Below are positions 13,001 through 25,851 of a DNA stretch of 64,000 nucleotides, one piece after another. Both the position numbers and the translations under genes were made by a program. The notes below the pieces were generated by a model, which saw only the letters and a program-made list of their open reading frames with translations, was not told where the DNA came from and ran no database searches. Origin of the DNA: Diadema antillarum (Eukaryota); the NCBI RefSeq assembly GCF_040938485.1, contig NW_027272455.1, positions 434,001-498,000 of the forward strand, read 5' to 3'. Position 1 is the stretch's first letter, and every line of letters starts with the position of its first letter.

Positions 13001-16000
13001 AGTTGACTGTAATTTGTTTTTAGCTTGTCTGCATTGAATTGATCCCACTCTGTAGTGTGATCATTGGTGCGAGGCTTATGGAGCTCTGGCATGATTTTAC
13101 CACTCATTTGCTGCCAGTGGTATTGAAGTTAATAAACTTCAAGTATATTACCCAGTGTTTCTCATTTCGATCCACCATCACGACTGTTTCCCCCAACTTC
13201 CCCCAACCCTTTTCCATCACTGGCATTCTCAGCCCCACCACCCGCAACCTTTTGATCGAGAAACAAATGGTACATTAGATGAGTGACAAGAATCAAGCGA
13301 AGAATTGGCAAGGTTTTGATGTTCGAGAGCAAAAGAAGAGATGAAGCAATAGTTTTGATGTGGGGATTTTGCTACTCCATGCACCCTAGTCAACTACAGC
13401 ACATTGGTGCATGATATCACCGACTGCACTGACGTGTTGACTTGATCAGATATGCCCCCCTATCATGTGCACTCAATGTTTATGAACTGGCTGGCCTATC
13501 TTTGAAAGGAAGCAACGAATCTGGCTGGTCTGTTTACAGAGTGTAGCGGTACTTCATTGTGAAAATTTGTATGGCTAGAGAGATAATCATGTTTTGTTTG
13601 TGTCATTTTATCATTAACCTGCATGTGAATCAAAGGGGCTGTTTACACTGTACAATTTCTTTCCTAGTTCAGTGGGCCTGCCCAGTCAAATCAGTAGCAG
13701 ACAGGGCATGTGTTAAATTAAAATGTTACTGCATAAAGCAGTGGTCAAGTGCGTTATAGATTGATGTAATTCTTATAAATGTAGATGTGTACATAGGAAG
13801 AGACATAGACAAAAGACATCGGACAAGTACAACAATAGTGCGTGCTGAGTTGCACAAAATTAATCAAGTATTAACATGTACGCCTGCATAGAAACATCAT
13901 GCTTCTGTGCGAAACACACAGGAATGGCTTGGCAATACGTGTATCATGTGACGCAATGCTTCTTGATATACTGTATATATTTAAGTGGTACTAATGTACA
14001 AGTGTCGCCCTGTTTCTGCATCCCCAGGCTGACACGTTGAAGGAGAGATACCAGAAGATTGGGGACACAAAGAGGGCCACGCCCATTGAAGTTCTGTGCG
14101 AGAATTATCCAGGTTTGTTGACCCATTTGGGCGGGGCCACCAGGGATGCGGTCAGGCTTATTAATGTCATCCATTGTGATAGTCGAAATTTGTGTCATGC
14201 TTTCTTGTCCTGTTAGGAAAATCAAGAAAATCAAGATGAATTTGATATCTGTACCTTCATTTCCCTCCTTCAGTAATTGATCTAAAAACATTGTGAGATA
14301 TGCATGAGCACATGATGGCTCACCCGCCAACCTAACCACTCTGACTGTAACAATTGGAGAAAAAAAATGTAAATAACATTTATGTAATCGTGCATACTTG
14401 GGTGCTATGAATAATACATATGAAGGGGAGAGTTAAGATATTATTTGATGAAACTCTTGGCTGAATCACTAGTTTTGCCTGTGTAATGCCAGATCCTACC
14501 ATCGCACCTGCAGAAACCATGTCTTTTTCCAAGGCAAACAAACAATTTTTTTTTGGTTTAATTCACAGAAATTGATTTATTTTTCCAGTTTCAGTATTTA
14601 AATTCCGTAAACCATTGCACATCTAGCGAGAAACATTGGATATCTAGCGAGAAACATTGGATATCTTTGTTCTTGTGAGATTTTTAGTGTCAGATGTGGT
14701 GGTGAGGATATTGATGAAATAATCTTGGATGGTTTGGCCTCCAGCAAAATGATTTGTCTTGTCAAGATCTGGATCTGGATCTTTACCATGCAGGGCCCTA
14801 CTGGGCTTAAACACATTGGTACTTGTGTGGGATCCAAGTGGGATCTTGTACGTGCGTGGGTTGTAACTCACACACACAGGACCTCTATATAAGAAATGTT
14901 GTGCTTTCCGTGCCGTGCCTTTAAGCTTCATTTCGTGCATTGCTTAATTTGTTGGCGTGATTGTCCATTCTCAGATGAGTACATTCCTTGATCATCCTTA
15001 TTCTGTCTCCCTCTCAAACTTTCTACAGAGGAAATGGCTACATATCTCAGGTACGTCAGAAGACTAGACTTCTTTGAGACACCAGACTACAGCTACTTGC
15101 GCAAACTCTTCGCCGACCTCTACGAGAAGAAGGGATACGCAAAATCGCCCGAGTTTGATTGGACCGGGAAAGAGACGGTAGGCCTATAAACTTTCTTTTG
15201 AGATTTTATGTCAATTCATACTAATGAGGGAGTTAAGCTTATATGAAAGTAGTAGAACAGAGAAGAATTTAGTTTATATAGATTTGATTAACATGAACAG
15301 CAAATATCAATGAAATTATGGCTATCCAAATATAGGTACACCAGTCAACCAAATTGTGTTCCATAAAGTATCTCAAAATAGATGCTGTAGTCACATAAAT
15401 GACATCTCTTACACATCACCTACCTTTTGTCTTGGAATTAAGGTGTCTTCAATGTTACCTTTTCATCTTTCTTTAATAAAAAGGTTCCATTTGTATATAT
15501 GTTTGATTGCAAACATTATGTTTGTCATACATGTCTACCACTCTACCTTAATGGCTAATAAACCTGATTTGAGAAGATTTGTGTAAATGTTTTGGTATTT
15601 TGTTGGCCTTGCGAGAATTAATGGGCACCAATGTTTGCAAGTAAGATGAGAGAATCCAGGCAGAGAATACATCGCAATCCATCAATTTCAATGACATCAA
15701 GTTATGTCGCTGGAAGTTTGCTCTGGTTAGGTAGTCTGATTGTGATGTACTCTATTATCAAACTCTGGCCATTTCATTTGACGTTATCATAGATATCGCA
15801 TGTGCCAAGCTCCACGACAGAAGGTGGACCCACTTCGCCGCCCAAAGACAACCGAAGAGACGACAAGGACAACAAACATGGCGTCCGAGGGGTAAGTTGG
15901 GATTTAAAGTTTCGGTCTATGCATGGTGATTGGTATTGTGGTGGTGGTGGTGGTAATGGTGATGATGGTAATGATGATGTTGATGATGGTGGTGGTGGTG

Positions 16001-17862
16001 ATGGTGGTTGTCAGGTGGTTGTTGTAGTGGTAATGGTGATGGTGATTATGATGGTGGTGGTGGTGGATATAATGATGGTGGTGGTAGTGATGATGGTGGT
16101 GGTGGTGATGATGGTGGTTGTTCTAATGATGATGGTAGTTGTTTTGGTGGTGGTGATGGTGATAATGATGTCAGTGTTTATGATGTTGATGGGTACTGTT
16201 GTGTTGATTGTGGTTACTGCTTCCTTCACTGATCAGAGATTACCAGTGGAGAAGAAAAAAACACTGTATTTCTTGATAGTTTAAGATTTAGATATGTGGG
16301 GTAGATATTATGTCATCACAATTAAAAGAAATGCATTAAAAACATGTACAGCATTAATTGTCAGTCTTAGCAGCAAACAGTCCATTTTCTCTACAGCTAT
16401 GTAATATTTTGCTGCTGAATACATGTTTTAGTTTGTCCTCTGGCTGCTTTCATTTCAGTTGGGAACAAAAGGCTGGGTGGAGAGCCAGCGGCAGGGAGGA
16501 CTGGAGCCCCCAGGGACAGGCAACCAGCCAGGCTCCATCCAGGTCATCAGCTCCACCAACGGGGAGGTGGCAGCCGACGAGTTCAACAAGGGTTCGCAGG
16601 CACCCATCACCGCGCCCACGGGCGAGGTGGAGGTGGTAGAAGACACAAAGTAAGTACTGGGTGGCTGCAGTCTGTAGCCATGGCCCATCCAAGAGGGGAT
16701 GGGCTTATTGTTAATCTCAATCTGACTTATCCACAACTTTGCATCCGTTTGTGGACAAATTATGGACAGAATTTTCTGGTCTTTCATTATCACCTTTGCA
16801 TTGTCACTGTGTTAGTCATACCATGAAAATGAAGTGCTGCCTTAAGCAATGGCATATTTTGAATGTCAACGATTAATGTAAAATAATAGGAGCTCAATAT
16901 CAATGAACAGATATATACAGAGCTGTATGGAGGGGATGTGAGATTTTGAGATTTGTATCGAAAGGAATGAGCAGTTTTTCTCCAGCCATTCTTCATCCTT
17001 TCACTTCAGTTGAAGAATGAGAGCTTTAAGCTGTAGAGTTGTATTGTATATGGGGGAAAAACAGGTCTTGGACCATGCCTATTATGACTTATTATAGGGT
17101 ACTGTAAAAGTAGAAATTTTCGTGGTGTTGAAATTTTCGCGCATTTCGCGCAACCCGAAACCAGTGTGAAAATAAAAGCACGCGAATATTTTTGTTTGCC
17201 ATATGTTCCAGTAGTTGATGTCTTGATTCCGCGGAATTCAAAACACGCGAAACTCTTCTTACCCCGCCGAGCGCGAAAACATCCACTTTTACAGTATGAG
17301 AAAAGGGTTCCTCTGCAGTAGATTGATCATTCAATTAGCATTTGTGGATTACCACCCAACTCCAGACTGTCCAGCAAGGGTTTTGGGAGGGGGTTGTCAG
17401 TAAGGACTGGGGAATACATGTGGCAGTTTATTCAAGGGACAGTCTCATTCAGTAATGCTTGAAGCCAAATGGAAGGTTTACACATGCCTGCTATATTTAG
17501 GGTAGAATTTTTTTGAATACCCAGTCCTGTGAGCCAATTAGTGGACTGGTTGGGTAGTTTATGAAGGGGCACTGCAGTCTGGTTCAGAGACTATGAATTG
17601 TAGTACCTGATGCCGTTATCTGAAGTAGCAGTGTGAAGTAGCAGTGTAGAGTAGCAGTAAAACAATTTGTTGCCAAGTTGTGAATCCACTGGATCATTTC
17701 AAGATGCCATGTTAATTATGAGATATGATTAGGCCTCTGTTTGTGGTGACAATTTTTGATCATGTTCTAATTGGACTTCTCCAACACATGCTTCTTCCCC
17801 CGTGCAGGTGCTGTTGCTTCTTCAAGCGAAAAAAGAAGAAGGGCCTCGGAAGGCGTAAGTAG
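4155..17862 (+). CDS. CSNK1G: Casein kinase I gamma (gilgamesh orthologue), 5'-partial gene; 8 coding exons in window: 4155-4303, 5705-5939, 7074-7159, 14028-14112, 15029-15177, 15793-15891, 16459-16649, 17808-17862
   Basis: All junctions are GT-AG and the intron phases chain (1,0,1,0,1,0,0,2) into one frame of about 348 aa. CK1 motifs: [52 protein letters not shown]. Gamma-specific C-terminus: SSTNGE...[26 protein letters not shown]. Confidence 0.96.
4960..5050. mobile_element. 91-bp piggyBac-like mini-MITE with TTAA at both ends
   Basis: TTAAcccaatgaaga at left and tcttcctcaatgggTTAA at right form an imperfect inverted repeat; central near-palindrome cctgattatacttggg. Confidence 0.6.
5705..5939 (+). 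CDS. CSNK1G: CK1 gamma exon with catalytic loop and DFG ([25 protein letters not shown]...IDFGLAKEY...[17 protein letters not shown])
   Basis: ccacag| acceptor and AAAG|gtaata donor; 235 bp. Confidence 0.97.
7074..7159 (+). CDS. CSNK1G: CK1 gamma exon ([29 protein letters not shown])
   Basis: ctacag| acceptor after a (TCTG)n tract and AAG|gtaaca donor; 86 bp. Confidence 0.96.
8990..9180 (-). mobile_element. DINE-1/HINE-like non-autonomous Helentron-type repeat fragment
   Basis: Minus strand reads TTTGTTACCTCTGCCAAGGGAGGAGGTTATGTTTTCACCGGTG, then a (GTTT)n microsatellite, then AATGGATTTGGATGATACTT. This hairpin + microsatellite + core layout resembles DINE-1-like elements; classified by resemblance only. 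Confidence 0.5.
10225..11026. mobile_element. Foldback-type DNA transposon remnant with arrays of an approximately 16-bp subterminal motif (GGTTCGTTATTCCGAA) in inverted orientation
   Basis: Many degenerate forward copies at 10228-10850 and reverse-complement copies (TTCGGAATAACGAACC-like) at 10889, 10975 and 11003. Confidence 0.6.
10965..11780 (+). repeat. Tandem duplication with an approximately 405-bp unit (2 copies)
   Basis: taaacaaaactttggaataat starts at 10965 and 11370; both copies end in ctctagagtt; near-identical ORFs appear at 11212 and 11616. Confidence 0.92.
11650..12656. mobile_element. piggyBac-like non-autonomous element, about 1.0 kb, TTAA-bounded
   Basis: Left TTAAccctgaaaaggctgg (11650) and right ccagtctttttaggaTTAA (ending 12656) form an imperfect 19-bp inverted repeat, with poly-C and poly-G tracts just inside the two ends; no coding capacity. 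Confidence 0.65.
14028..14112 (+). CDS. CSNK1G: CK1 gamma exon ([28 protein letters not shown])
   Basis: ccccag| acceptor and CCAG|gtttgt donor; 85 bp. Confidence 0.95.
15029..15177 (+). CDS. CSNK1G: CK1 gamma exon ([50 protein letters not shown])
   Basis: ctacag| acceptor and ACG|gtaggc donor; end of the kinase domain. Confidence 0.95.
15793..15891 (+). CDS. CSNK1G: CK1 gamma linker exon ([33 protein letters not shown])
   Basis: tcatag| acceptor and GGG|gtaagt donor; 99 bp, phase 0/0, fits between the neighbouring exons; sequence is poorly conserved. Confidence 0.8.
15925..16215 (+). repeat. (GGT/GAT/ATG)n degenerate trinucleotide tract in a CK1 gamma intron
   Basis: Direct inspection; produces poly-V/M, poly-G/D and poly-T/I ORFs. 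Confidence 0.9.
16459..16649 (+). CDS. CSNK1G: CK1 gamma C-terminal exon (...[40 protein letters not shown])
   Basis: tttcag| acceptor and AA|gtaagt donor; matches the CK1gamma C-terminal domain. Confidence 0.92.
17100..17296. mobile_element. TA-flanked Tc1/mariner-like MITE (TACTGTAAAAG...CTTTTACAGTA)
   Basis: 25-bp TIRs with about 21/25 matches and TA at both ends; the same family occurs at 51696-52050. Confidence 0.75.
17808..17862 (+). CDS. CSNK1G: CK1 gamma last coding exon ([17 protein letters not shown]), palmitoylation/polybasic membrane anchor
   Basis: gtgcag|G acceptor completes the phase-2 Lys codon; CCCFFKR is the known CK1gamma palmitoylation motif; TAG at 17860-17862. Confidence 0.95.
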
Positions 17863-20800
17863 CCGACCACCCAATGCCCCCCTCGATGTCCTGGAACGAC
17901 CATCCACGTCCTCTGTATCACGACCCCCTCCCCCCTTCTCTCCAGACTCTTTGACTGTTTCTGCGAGCCAGCCAGACACTTTGGCAGAACAGGATGCTTT
18001 CGCCGTCCCCCGTTTGTTTTTCGAGTTTGTCGTCGCTCATCGTGATCCGTGCGACGTCGGATGTCTCACAACGTGTTCCTAGCCCACCAGGGGGAGGTGA
18101 GGGAGAAGGAGAGAGAGAAAAAAAAAAACACTGTTCACTGTTCATTGATGAGAGGCAGAAACCCATGCGTAGAGAAGGAGGAGGAGGAGGAGGAGGAGGA
18201 GGAGGAGAATCACATAGCATGGGAAGAGAGGCCACAAGTGCAAGCAGTCACTATTTTCCTGTTGCATACTCCACATGTGATCTGTCCTCTCTCATCTGTT
18301 TGAGTGTTTGTCTGCCCGTCTCTACCACATGTACACACACAAGGGTCTCCCTATTGCTACCCAAGTTTTATATGCCTGCATTAGAAGAAGAATTGAAGAA
18401 GAAGAAGAAGATGAAGGAGAAGAAGAAAAAAGAGGACAAAAAGTGCATCCATGATGGGCTTTGTGAACGGAGTTTTTTTTTTTTTCACTATATTTCAGTG
18501 TGTATGATAACAAACGTTGTGTGTACTACCAAGATGACTGTTCAATGGTGTTTTCTACATGAAGTTTTTCCCGTGAAGTGGTGATGATATTCTTGAGTGA
18601 ACATTTATGTCGTTCAGCTGATTATGCGTTACTTTAATCTGACTTCTTTAGAGCTCATCTTCTTGTGTTTACACCATAAATGGTGAAAACAGATAAGATT
18701 TCATATGACTGAGGTGTCTTATCTTATTCTTTGTGTCCCTTTTTTTAAGTAGTCGTAGTTTGCATACTTTCATGCTCTTCTAAGAATGTTGTTGGTGATT
18801 TCAAAATCAGAAATCCTCACCTTCTGTATCGTTACCTCATGTTTAGATTAAATACAGAGTCCATTGTAGAGCTTTACAACATCTCCAGGAGTTATAGAGA
18901 ATGTGAACACTTCTCAGAGTACACATAGGCACGTGTGTAGCACTATTTCACATCCCATTCCCCCATCTGCCTCACACGACGGGCAAACTAAAACCACTTG
19001 TTGCAGTTGCATCACCAACACAGTGTGAAATTAGGATGAACTTGCATGATCAACATCCAAATCCATATCCATTTCGACATACATATTTCTCCGATACAGT
19101 GCATTGCAAGGCTTCTTTTGGTTTGTTTTGTACCCTCGAGAGGCCGTGTAAAGTCCATGTGTGTAAGATAAAAGAATCCCTTCTTCACAAGAGTCTTGAG
19201 GGATGTTTGCAAATGGAGCCAGTCCGTGTAATATAGCTCCATATGGCACTGTTGTGACCAAGTTGCATATGTTGATGTCAGTGTATTAAAAGCTCTAATT
19301 CTCTCTGTCTCTCAGCATATTTCACAATTACCCTTCACGCCAAAGGAAGTAAAGATTTGTGTGTGTCTGTATGTCTGTGTGTAATCTTCTCGCTGTAATT
19401 CTTTTTTTTTTTTTATATGCATGTTCCCCCTTATGCCTTCTTTCAAAAAATGCCATTCCCTCTGAGGACATTAGCTCTCATAGTATGGCATTGTGTTTCA
19501 ACACCTATAAGTATGTGCAATGTTGTTTAAATCTATTTAATCCTCGTCTGTAATTTCTGTCCGTCAAGGCACAGACAAAAATAAAGAAAAGTTAATAGGA
19601 ACTGGCTTTCTTCCGTAGAGTATTTCTACCATGCAGTCGACGTAAAGTTATGTTCGCCCGATAAATGATGAGAGAGATTTCTGTTGATATGATGCATCTT
19701 GCAATCACAGCCACCTCTCTGGATTAACTGGAAGGCCACTGTATCATCGCAGTGATAAGAAAAATATGCATTGCTAGGCTGGGGGCCTGGCGTTGGCCGA
19801 CGGCCACTGTTCAAGGCACGCAACGCTGTCCTGTGGCAGGTAGTGTCAGTGCACCTCTGGCAGTGACGTGGGGGGGGGGGGGGGGAACAGAACGGGCTGT
19901 AGTGTGGATGGTGTAACCATATGGGAAATTTCTCACCTACCAGTTTTCCTTTCACACCTAATTTGAGCTTCTGCTGAGGAAGTGATCACATGTCGAGCAC
20001 ATTATATAAGAAGTCACACTCAATACCCCGGTGAGGCCATTTCTGTTCCTAATGTTGTCAAGTGATGACTACATTCATGAGAGTATTATTCACTGTGGCA
20101 CAATATCAACAGCAAAAGCTCCCGTGCTCCAAGTTTGACCCTAGCTGTTCTTGTACTTGCACATTGGTCTATACCTTCTCTTTCATATGCATACATCTAT
20201 GACTGCATGTTTGATCAGTGTTTTGTAAAAACAGTGGCTTTTCTTCTTCCCACCCCCACCCCCTCCTCCCAGCAAAAAGAAATGATCATCTATGTTGACT
20301 GGGCTTTATATACCATCTCACATTTGCCTGTGTTTGATTGTGTGAAGCTGGTGGAATATTGTTATTGTATTTTCTTTTTCATTTTCTTTGTTTTTTGCAA
20401 GAAAAAAAGCAATTTCATATTTGAATAAAATGTAAAAAGAGTCGTGTAAGTTCATATGTTTGATTTTTTTTTTTTTTAAATACCAGTGCAAAATGTATTA
20501 TAGTTATTTTGTATACCACACACTTAATTTAATAAAATCAGAGAGGGGTATAGCACTGGGGTGTTATTTTGTAAGGGTGACTTACATTGCAGCTTGTTTG
20601 GCAAGCTGGGATGGCCCAAGACTTTGAGCTTGGAACATATTTTTCTTTTTTGGGGGGTGGGGGAGGGGCTTTTTTGTTTTTGTTTTTGTTTTTTTACTTT
20701 GTTTTTTCCTGGGAAGGACATTGCTTGAATCTTAAATGCATTGTATTTATAACATATGTTGTCACCCACAATTGCCTTATATAAGTGTACATTTTTCATC

Positions 20801-23800
20801 GAGAGAAGAGAGTGATTGTTTTATGAGTGACAACATATTACAATCCTCAGATTCAAATTCATGGCAATGCTGTATGTATAGTTTACTTGGTACCACACTC
20901 ACAAGTAATTCTAGGTATTGCGACTGGACGTCACACCGTTGACAGTCACTAGGCAACATGCAGAAACAAGGTGAAGCAAGGTTGTAGCATGGTAGTTGTT
21001 CATGCAACATGTGTACATTTCCATTTTGTTTTTGTTTTTTGTCTTTTCTTGCAAACAACAAAGCAATTTTTCTCGCACCTTGCAAACACAGCACACCATT
21101 TCAACAATGAGGTCAGAATTTAAAAAAAAATAAGACAAAATATTGTTGAGAGAGTATGCATCGTGAATGTTGATATCCCAATTTGTGGAAACACAAGGCA
21201 TGTACAGAATAATCTTTTTAAAACAGAGAGAGAGAATTATGCCATGGAAGAAATATTGTTTTGTATCATCAATTTGTTCTGATGCATCTGTAGAGAGTTG
21301 TTATATTTCCATTCTTTTCTTTGGCTGTCTCACTAGCTTTTTTTTATGCCTCCGCCACGAAGTGGTGCCGGAGGCATTATTTTTTTCTCTCTCTATCCCT
21401 CATGTACTGTATTTATTTAGTTTATTTGATTATTTTTTTCTTTTTGCTGTAATATCCTTCTTCCTTGCAAATCTTCATTATTCTTGCCTCGTGTTGTAGT
21501 TGTGTGATATACAGATCATCATTCCACTGAAAGGAGAGAAGCAAGCTGGGAAGGATGCTTACCTATCAATTACTGGTACTGACTTATGTAAAATAAACCA
21601 CGACTTGTGGCATACGAAGTGTTTTGCCTCAGCAAAGGCCTCTGTGAGAGAGTAAAGAGCAGTATATGAATTGTACATTTTGTAAAACTTCTTCACAGTA
21701 TACTTTTGATTTCATCCAGGAGAAAGGACTCAACTTGTCCAGCGAGAATTCTTATTCTTTTCTTCTCCTTTTTTTTTTTTTTTTTAAATTTCAATTTTGG
21801 TTTTGCGTTGTAGACCAGCTTCGTTTCTTTTGTGCAGTTGTAGAAAAATGAGAAAGGAAAATCTGTATTCTTTCTCGGAACTTCCTAGCTCGCGCAAACT
21901 AAAGAGAAAAGAGGACAAAGTAAAGTGTGACAATTGCCCTGTGTAGCTGTACTCGAGATGTAGATAATAATTGAAAGTTGCATTTTAATGAGAAGTACAC
22001 TTCTGTGATACAAATAAAAAACAACAACAACGACAAAGAAAGTGTGAAAGAGCATGTGAATTGACATCTCTGTGATCTGTTTTGAATCGGATCACCTTGG
22101 AATGAAATTTGCATTATCTCTGTAATTCAGTGCATTTTTGTATTTAAAACAAAAAAGAAAGGAAGAAGAAGATGAATGCGTATGGTGAAATCATTATATC
22201 TGTTAACATTGTTTGTTTTCTATATCAAAGGTGGAAGAGGGACACAGTGGGAGGTTTGGTGTGGGAGAAAAATAAACATACCCATACACTTACACACATA
22301 CACACACACATACATGCTCTCTTTCAAACATAACATACATATATATATACAACTGTATGTTTGTGGTTTGATAGGAGTTATGTCAAAATTCTGTCTATCA
22401 CAGTTGTGTATTTAAATATGAAGAATAGATGGATGTGATCTTCAAGCATCTGCTTTTTTTATATAAATGTGTTGTTTTTTTTCAACAATAGTTAATATGA
22501 GGAGAAAAAAAAAGGAATGAAAATTAGTTTGTTCTTTGCAGAGTGGTTAAATGTGATCGGCTGAGAGGGAAAATGGATGCTTTTATTCTGTTTACAGTGA
22601 AACACTTCAGCTATGCCTTTGAGTTAGCCATAGGCCTGCCATGTCCTTCTCTCAAGTACTTGTTGAAAAAGTGATGACTCAGATAGAGGACTGGATATGG
22701 GCGAAATATCCCCCCAAAAAAGCATTACCATCGGAAGCACCACACTTTCACAGCCATTTCTCAAGCGTAATCGACTGTGTTACCCAGATGAGTTAAACAA
22801 TGACTGCATTTTATTTTCTTTCTTTTATTAATTTTTTCCTTGTATCCTTTCGGAATAGGTCAGTGAACAGTTAGCTTCTTTTTCATACAAAGCAAAATTG
22901 AAGAGACAGTCTTTCTCAGCAAACTGGACAAATGAGTTGGCTATCTCTTGTATTAGATTGATGTACTTAATATTGTAGTATCATTAGCATACAGTGTGAT
23001 CTATATGTGGACATAAAGCTTCACCATTTTTTGCTTCATCTTTCATGGAGATAAAACAGTTTGACAAGCCTGTACGAAGGGTTTAATAGTTTTATGACAT
23101 TCACATTCTACAGTTTTTGTTAGTACTTTCATTTGTAAGGAATGAATGCCTAAGTGACACAGTGAAAATATGGCGTAAAATTGGGTTTTTTTTCATTGTT
23201 GTTTTTTTATTATTCCCTCTGAGCCGATCAAATTTTCCACTCCCTCTCTCAACCTCTCTCTCTCTCCACCCACACCTAGATAATCTAGTCATGTAAACCT
23301 GGGCAAGTTAAATGCTAGATATATGAGATGTATGTGATGAACATATGTTTGAGTCTATAAGAATTCCCCGTGTGTAAACAATCAAAATGATGTCCCCATG
23401 ACTGTGATAATGTATCCATATGTTCTCTGCCTCTCTTCCTGTACCCTCTTCACACACGACACGATCTGTTTCACTCTCCGTTCAAAGATTATTTCGTAAT
23501 TACTGCTTGAGTGAAATGATGGAGTCAAAAGAAAAAAATGTGAATAAAATATGTAGAAATTATACAAATCATTGGAAAGTATTGTTTCTGTCATTTGTTA
23601 CGTGAAGGCTGCTCTGTGCCACGTCTCTCACTGTGTGTGAATGATGTGTTTAGATGACTGGGTTGATTTAGAGATGACGTAGAAGAGACGTAGAGGAGAC
23701 CTCCGGATGATTTTCAGACTTTTACATATTAGCAACTAATAATTGGTTATACTGGGTACAGAGTTTCAGAATTTATAGTTATTGGGATGAGGAATAAGAA

Positions 23801-25382
23801 TGTTTTCAAAATTTATAACAAATCACAATGAACAAGGCTGATGACATGGCAGTCTCACTATAAGAATGCATGAGTAGGGGCTCAAGGAAGCAGAGCAAAA
23901 GAAGAAAGTATGCATAAATTCTACACAGTTGAACTTGTTTAATAAGCACATGGTATTGTAATGGTATTACATTGCTACATTTCTGAAATATGTGAGGCTC
24001 CTATGTCATCATCCCTGTTCAGTATAATTTGTTTTTGGATTTTCAGAGTATTGATTTCTCTGCTTAAGGACCACAATAATATTCTACAGATCTATACATG
24101 GAGCTGTTGATTTATGTACTCCATGATGTGAAATTATGAAAATTGTCGGGAATGCCCCTATAAAGGTAAAACATAGTTTCCATACACCTGCAGAAACTGT
24201 CTATTTTTGCTCTAAAATGGACACTGCGTCGTCTGCCCAGCAGAACAGCCCTAGGGCAAGCAGGCTTGAAAAATCACACACACACACACAATAAATAAAA
24301 ATGATGGTACAAGATAGCATCATATGAAAGAGCTTTCAAAACTCTGTCAAATTATGACACAAAAAAAAATTAAATTTCGCGGTGAAATTTCATGCTAAGG
24401 CCTGTCTGTCAGGCAGGCGACGACATACAGTTGTATGCATTAAAAAAACTGTTTGAAATAATGCCGTGATAACACAATTTCATTTGGATAAGGACAAAAA
24501 TATGAAAATGTTAGATAGTATTGCAATCTCAGCAGATCTGATTTTGGCTGCTGCGTAATGTTGTATAATTGATTACAAATTGGAGCTATAGCAGCATCCG
24601 TAGATCTGAGTAAGAATTAGATCACATGCAGCTTGTTGGGGAAATATGATTGCTAGGGCATGATCGATCATCAGGTAACATTCTACCTACCCACTACTGA
24701 AAGGGGAGGGTGCTGCATAAATAATAGTCATCTACTATGATCAAAATTAGTGTACACTTTTGATCTCAAAATACTCTGAAACAACTCATAATCCTAGCAA
24801 ATTGTGTCAGCCAGACAAGTTTCGTGGCAGATCCTTTTGATGTACAATTGTATAGCAAGCAAATTCCAAATGGTAGAACATGAATTTAAAGCCCTTCGGA
24901 GACCTATGTATTACCTGTCACCATGTTGCCTTGTTCACATGTTGTGTGCTTTTGTGTTGTTTTACACGGTGAATATCTTTGAATCTTGTATTTTTCTTAA
25001 TTAGAACAAAACATCTTGCCTGACATTTTGATTTGATTTTGTTTGATGTTATTTTCACATTCTATTTTTCTCAAACAAGCATATAAAATGCACCTTCCTT
25101 GATACCTAATGGAAATATAATGAAGTGCCATTTTACTCTTTGGCTCAGCATGTCAAATTACCCAGAGATTATGATAGAATTCTCTTGAATTCTAGGGACA
25201 AACAAGGTTCCTAATATCCATAATTTCTGAATCTATGAGGTTTTTATCTTTCATCTCTCTTTTTGAGACTTTAGAACTGAGATTTCTCTATGAAAGTGAA
25301 TGAGATATGAAGTGAGGGTTTGGATGATAATGATTTAGATTAACTCAGAATTTACTGGAGAGAAGAGGGTTGTTTGGGGTAT

Positions 25383-25384
<2 letters not shown>

Positions 25385-25434
<50 letters not shown>
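25385..25434 (+). repeat. (TG)n microsatellite
   Basis: Direct inspection. Confidence 0.95.
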
Positions 25435-25438
<4 letters not shown>

Positions 25439-25684
25439 ACCAAATGTATCATAACCAAATGCAACAAATTTGTTTTTGTTTTTGTTTTTTAAGCAAAATA
25501 TGATGAGTGATACTGGTGCTATGACAGACTAAAAGTGAGAAAGTCATTCATATATTGGGCCTCAAGGGAAGGTAAGATACCAGGTAACAGTTGTCAGCGT
25601 TTGGTGATTAAAGTATTATGTCACTCCATAAAATGATACTTACATGAATGCAGTAAAGTAAATACATAGATATGAATATATACA

Positions 25685-25851
25685 NNNNNNNNNNNNNNNN
25701 NNNNNNNNNNNNNNNNNNNNNNNNNNNNNNNNNNNNNNNNNNNNNNNNNNNNNNNNNNNNNNNNNNNNNNNNNNNNNNNNNNNNNNNNNNNNNNNNNNNN
25801 NNNNNNNNNNNNNNNNNNNNNNNNNNNNNNNNNNNNNNNNNNNNNNNNNNN
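25685..25851. other. Assembly gap (167 N)
   Basis: N run. Confidence 1.

Noticed and set aside
14621-14666. 21-bp tandem duplication atctagcgagaaacattggat x2
   Set aside because: Ordinary slippage duplication in an intron.
17855-17862. Perfect GTAAGT donor consensus overlapping the CK1gamma stop codon
   Set aside because: The exonic context (GGC) is weak, the RRK* end resembles the usual CK1gamma terminus, and no downstream acceptor exon was identified.
17994-18584. 196-aa ORF and overlapping ORFs just downstream of the CK1gamma stop
   Set aside because: Built from (GAG)n/(GAA)n repeats in the probable 3' UTR; no domain.
22670-22810. GTGATGA resembling a snoRNA C box
   Set aside because: No suitably placed D box (CTGA) or terminal stem.
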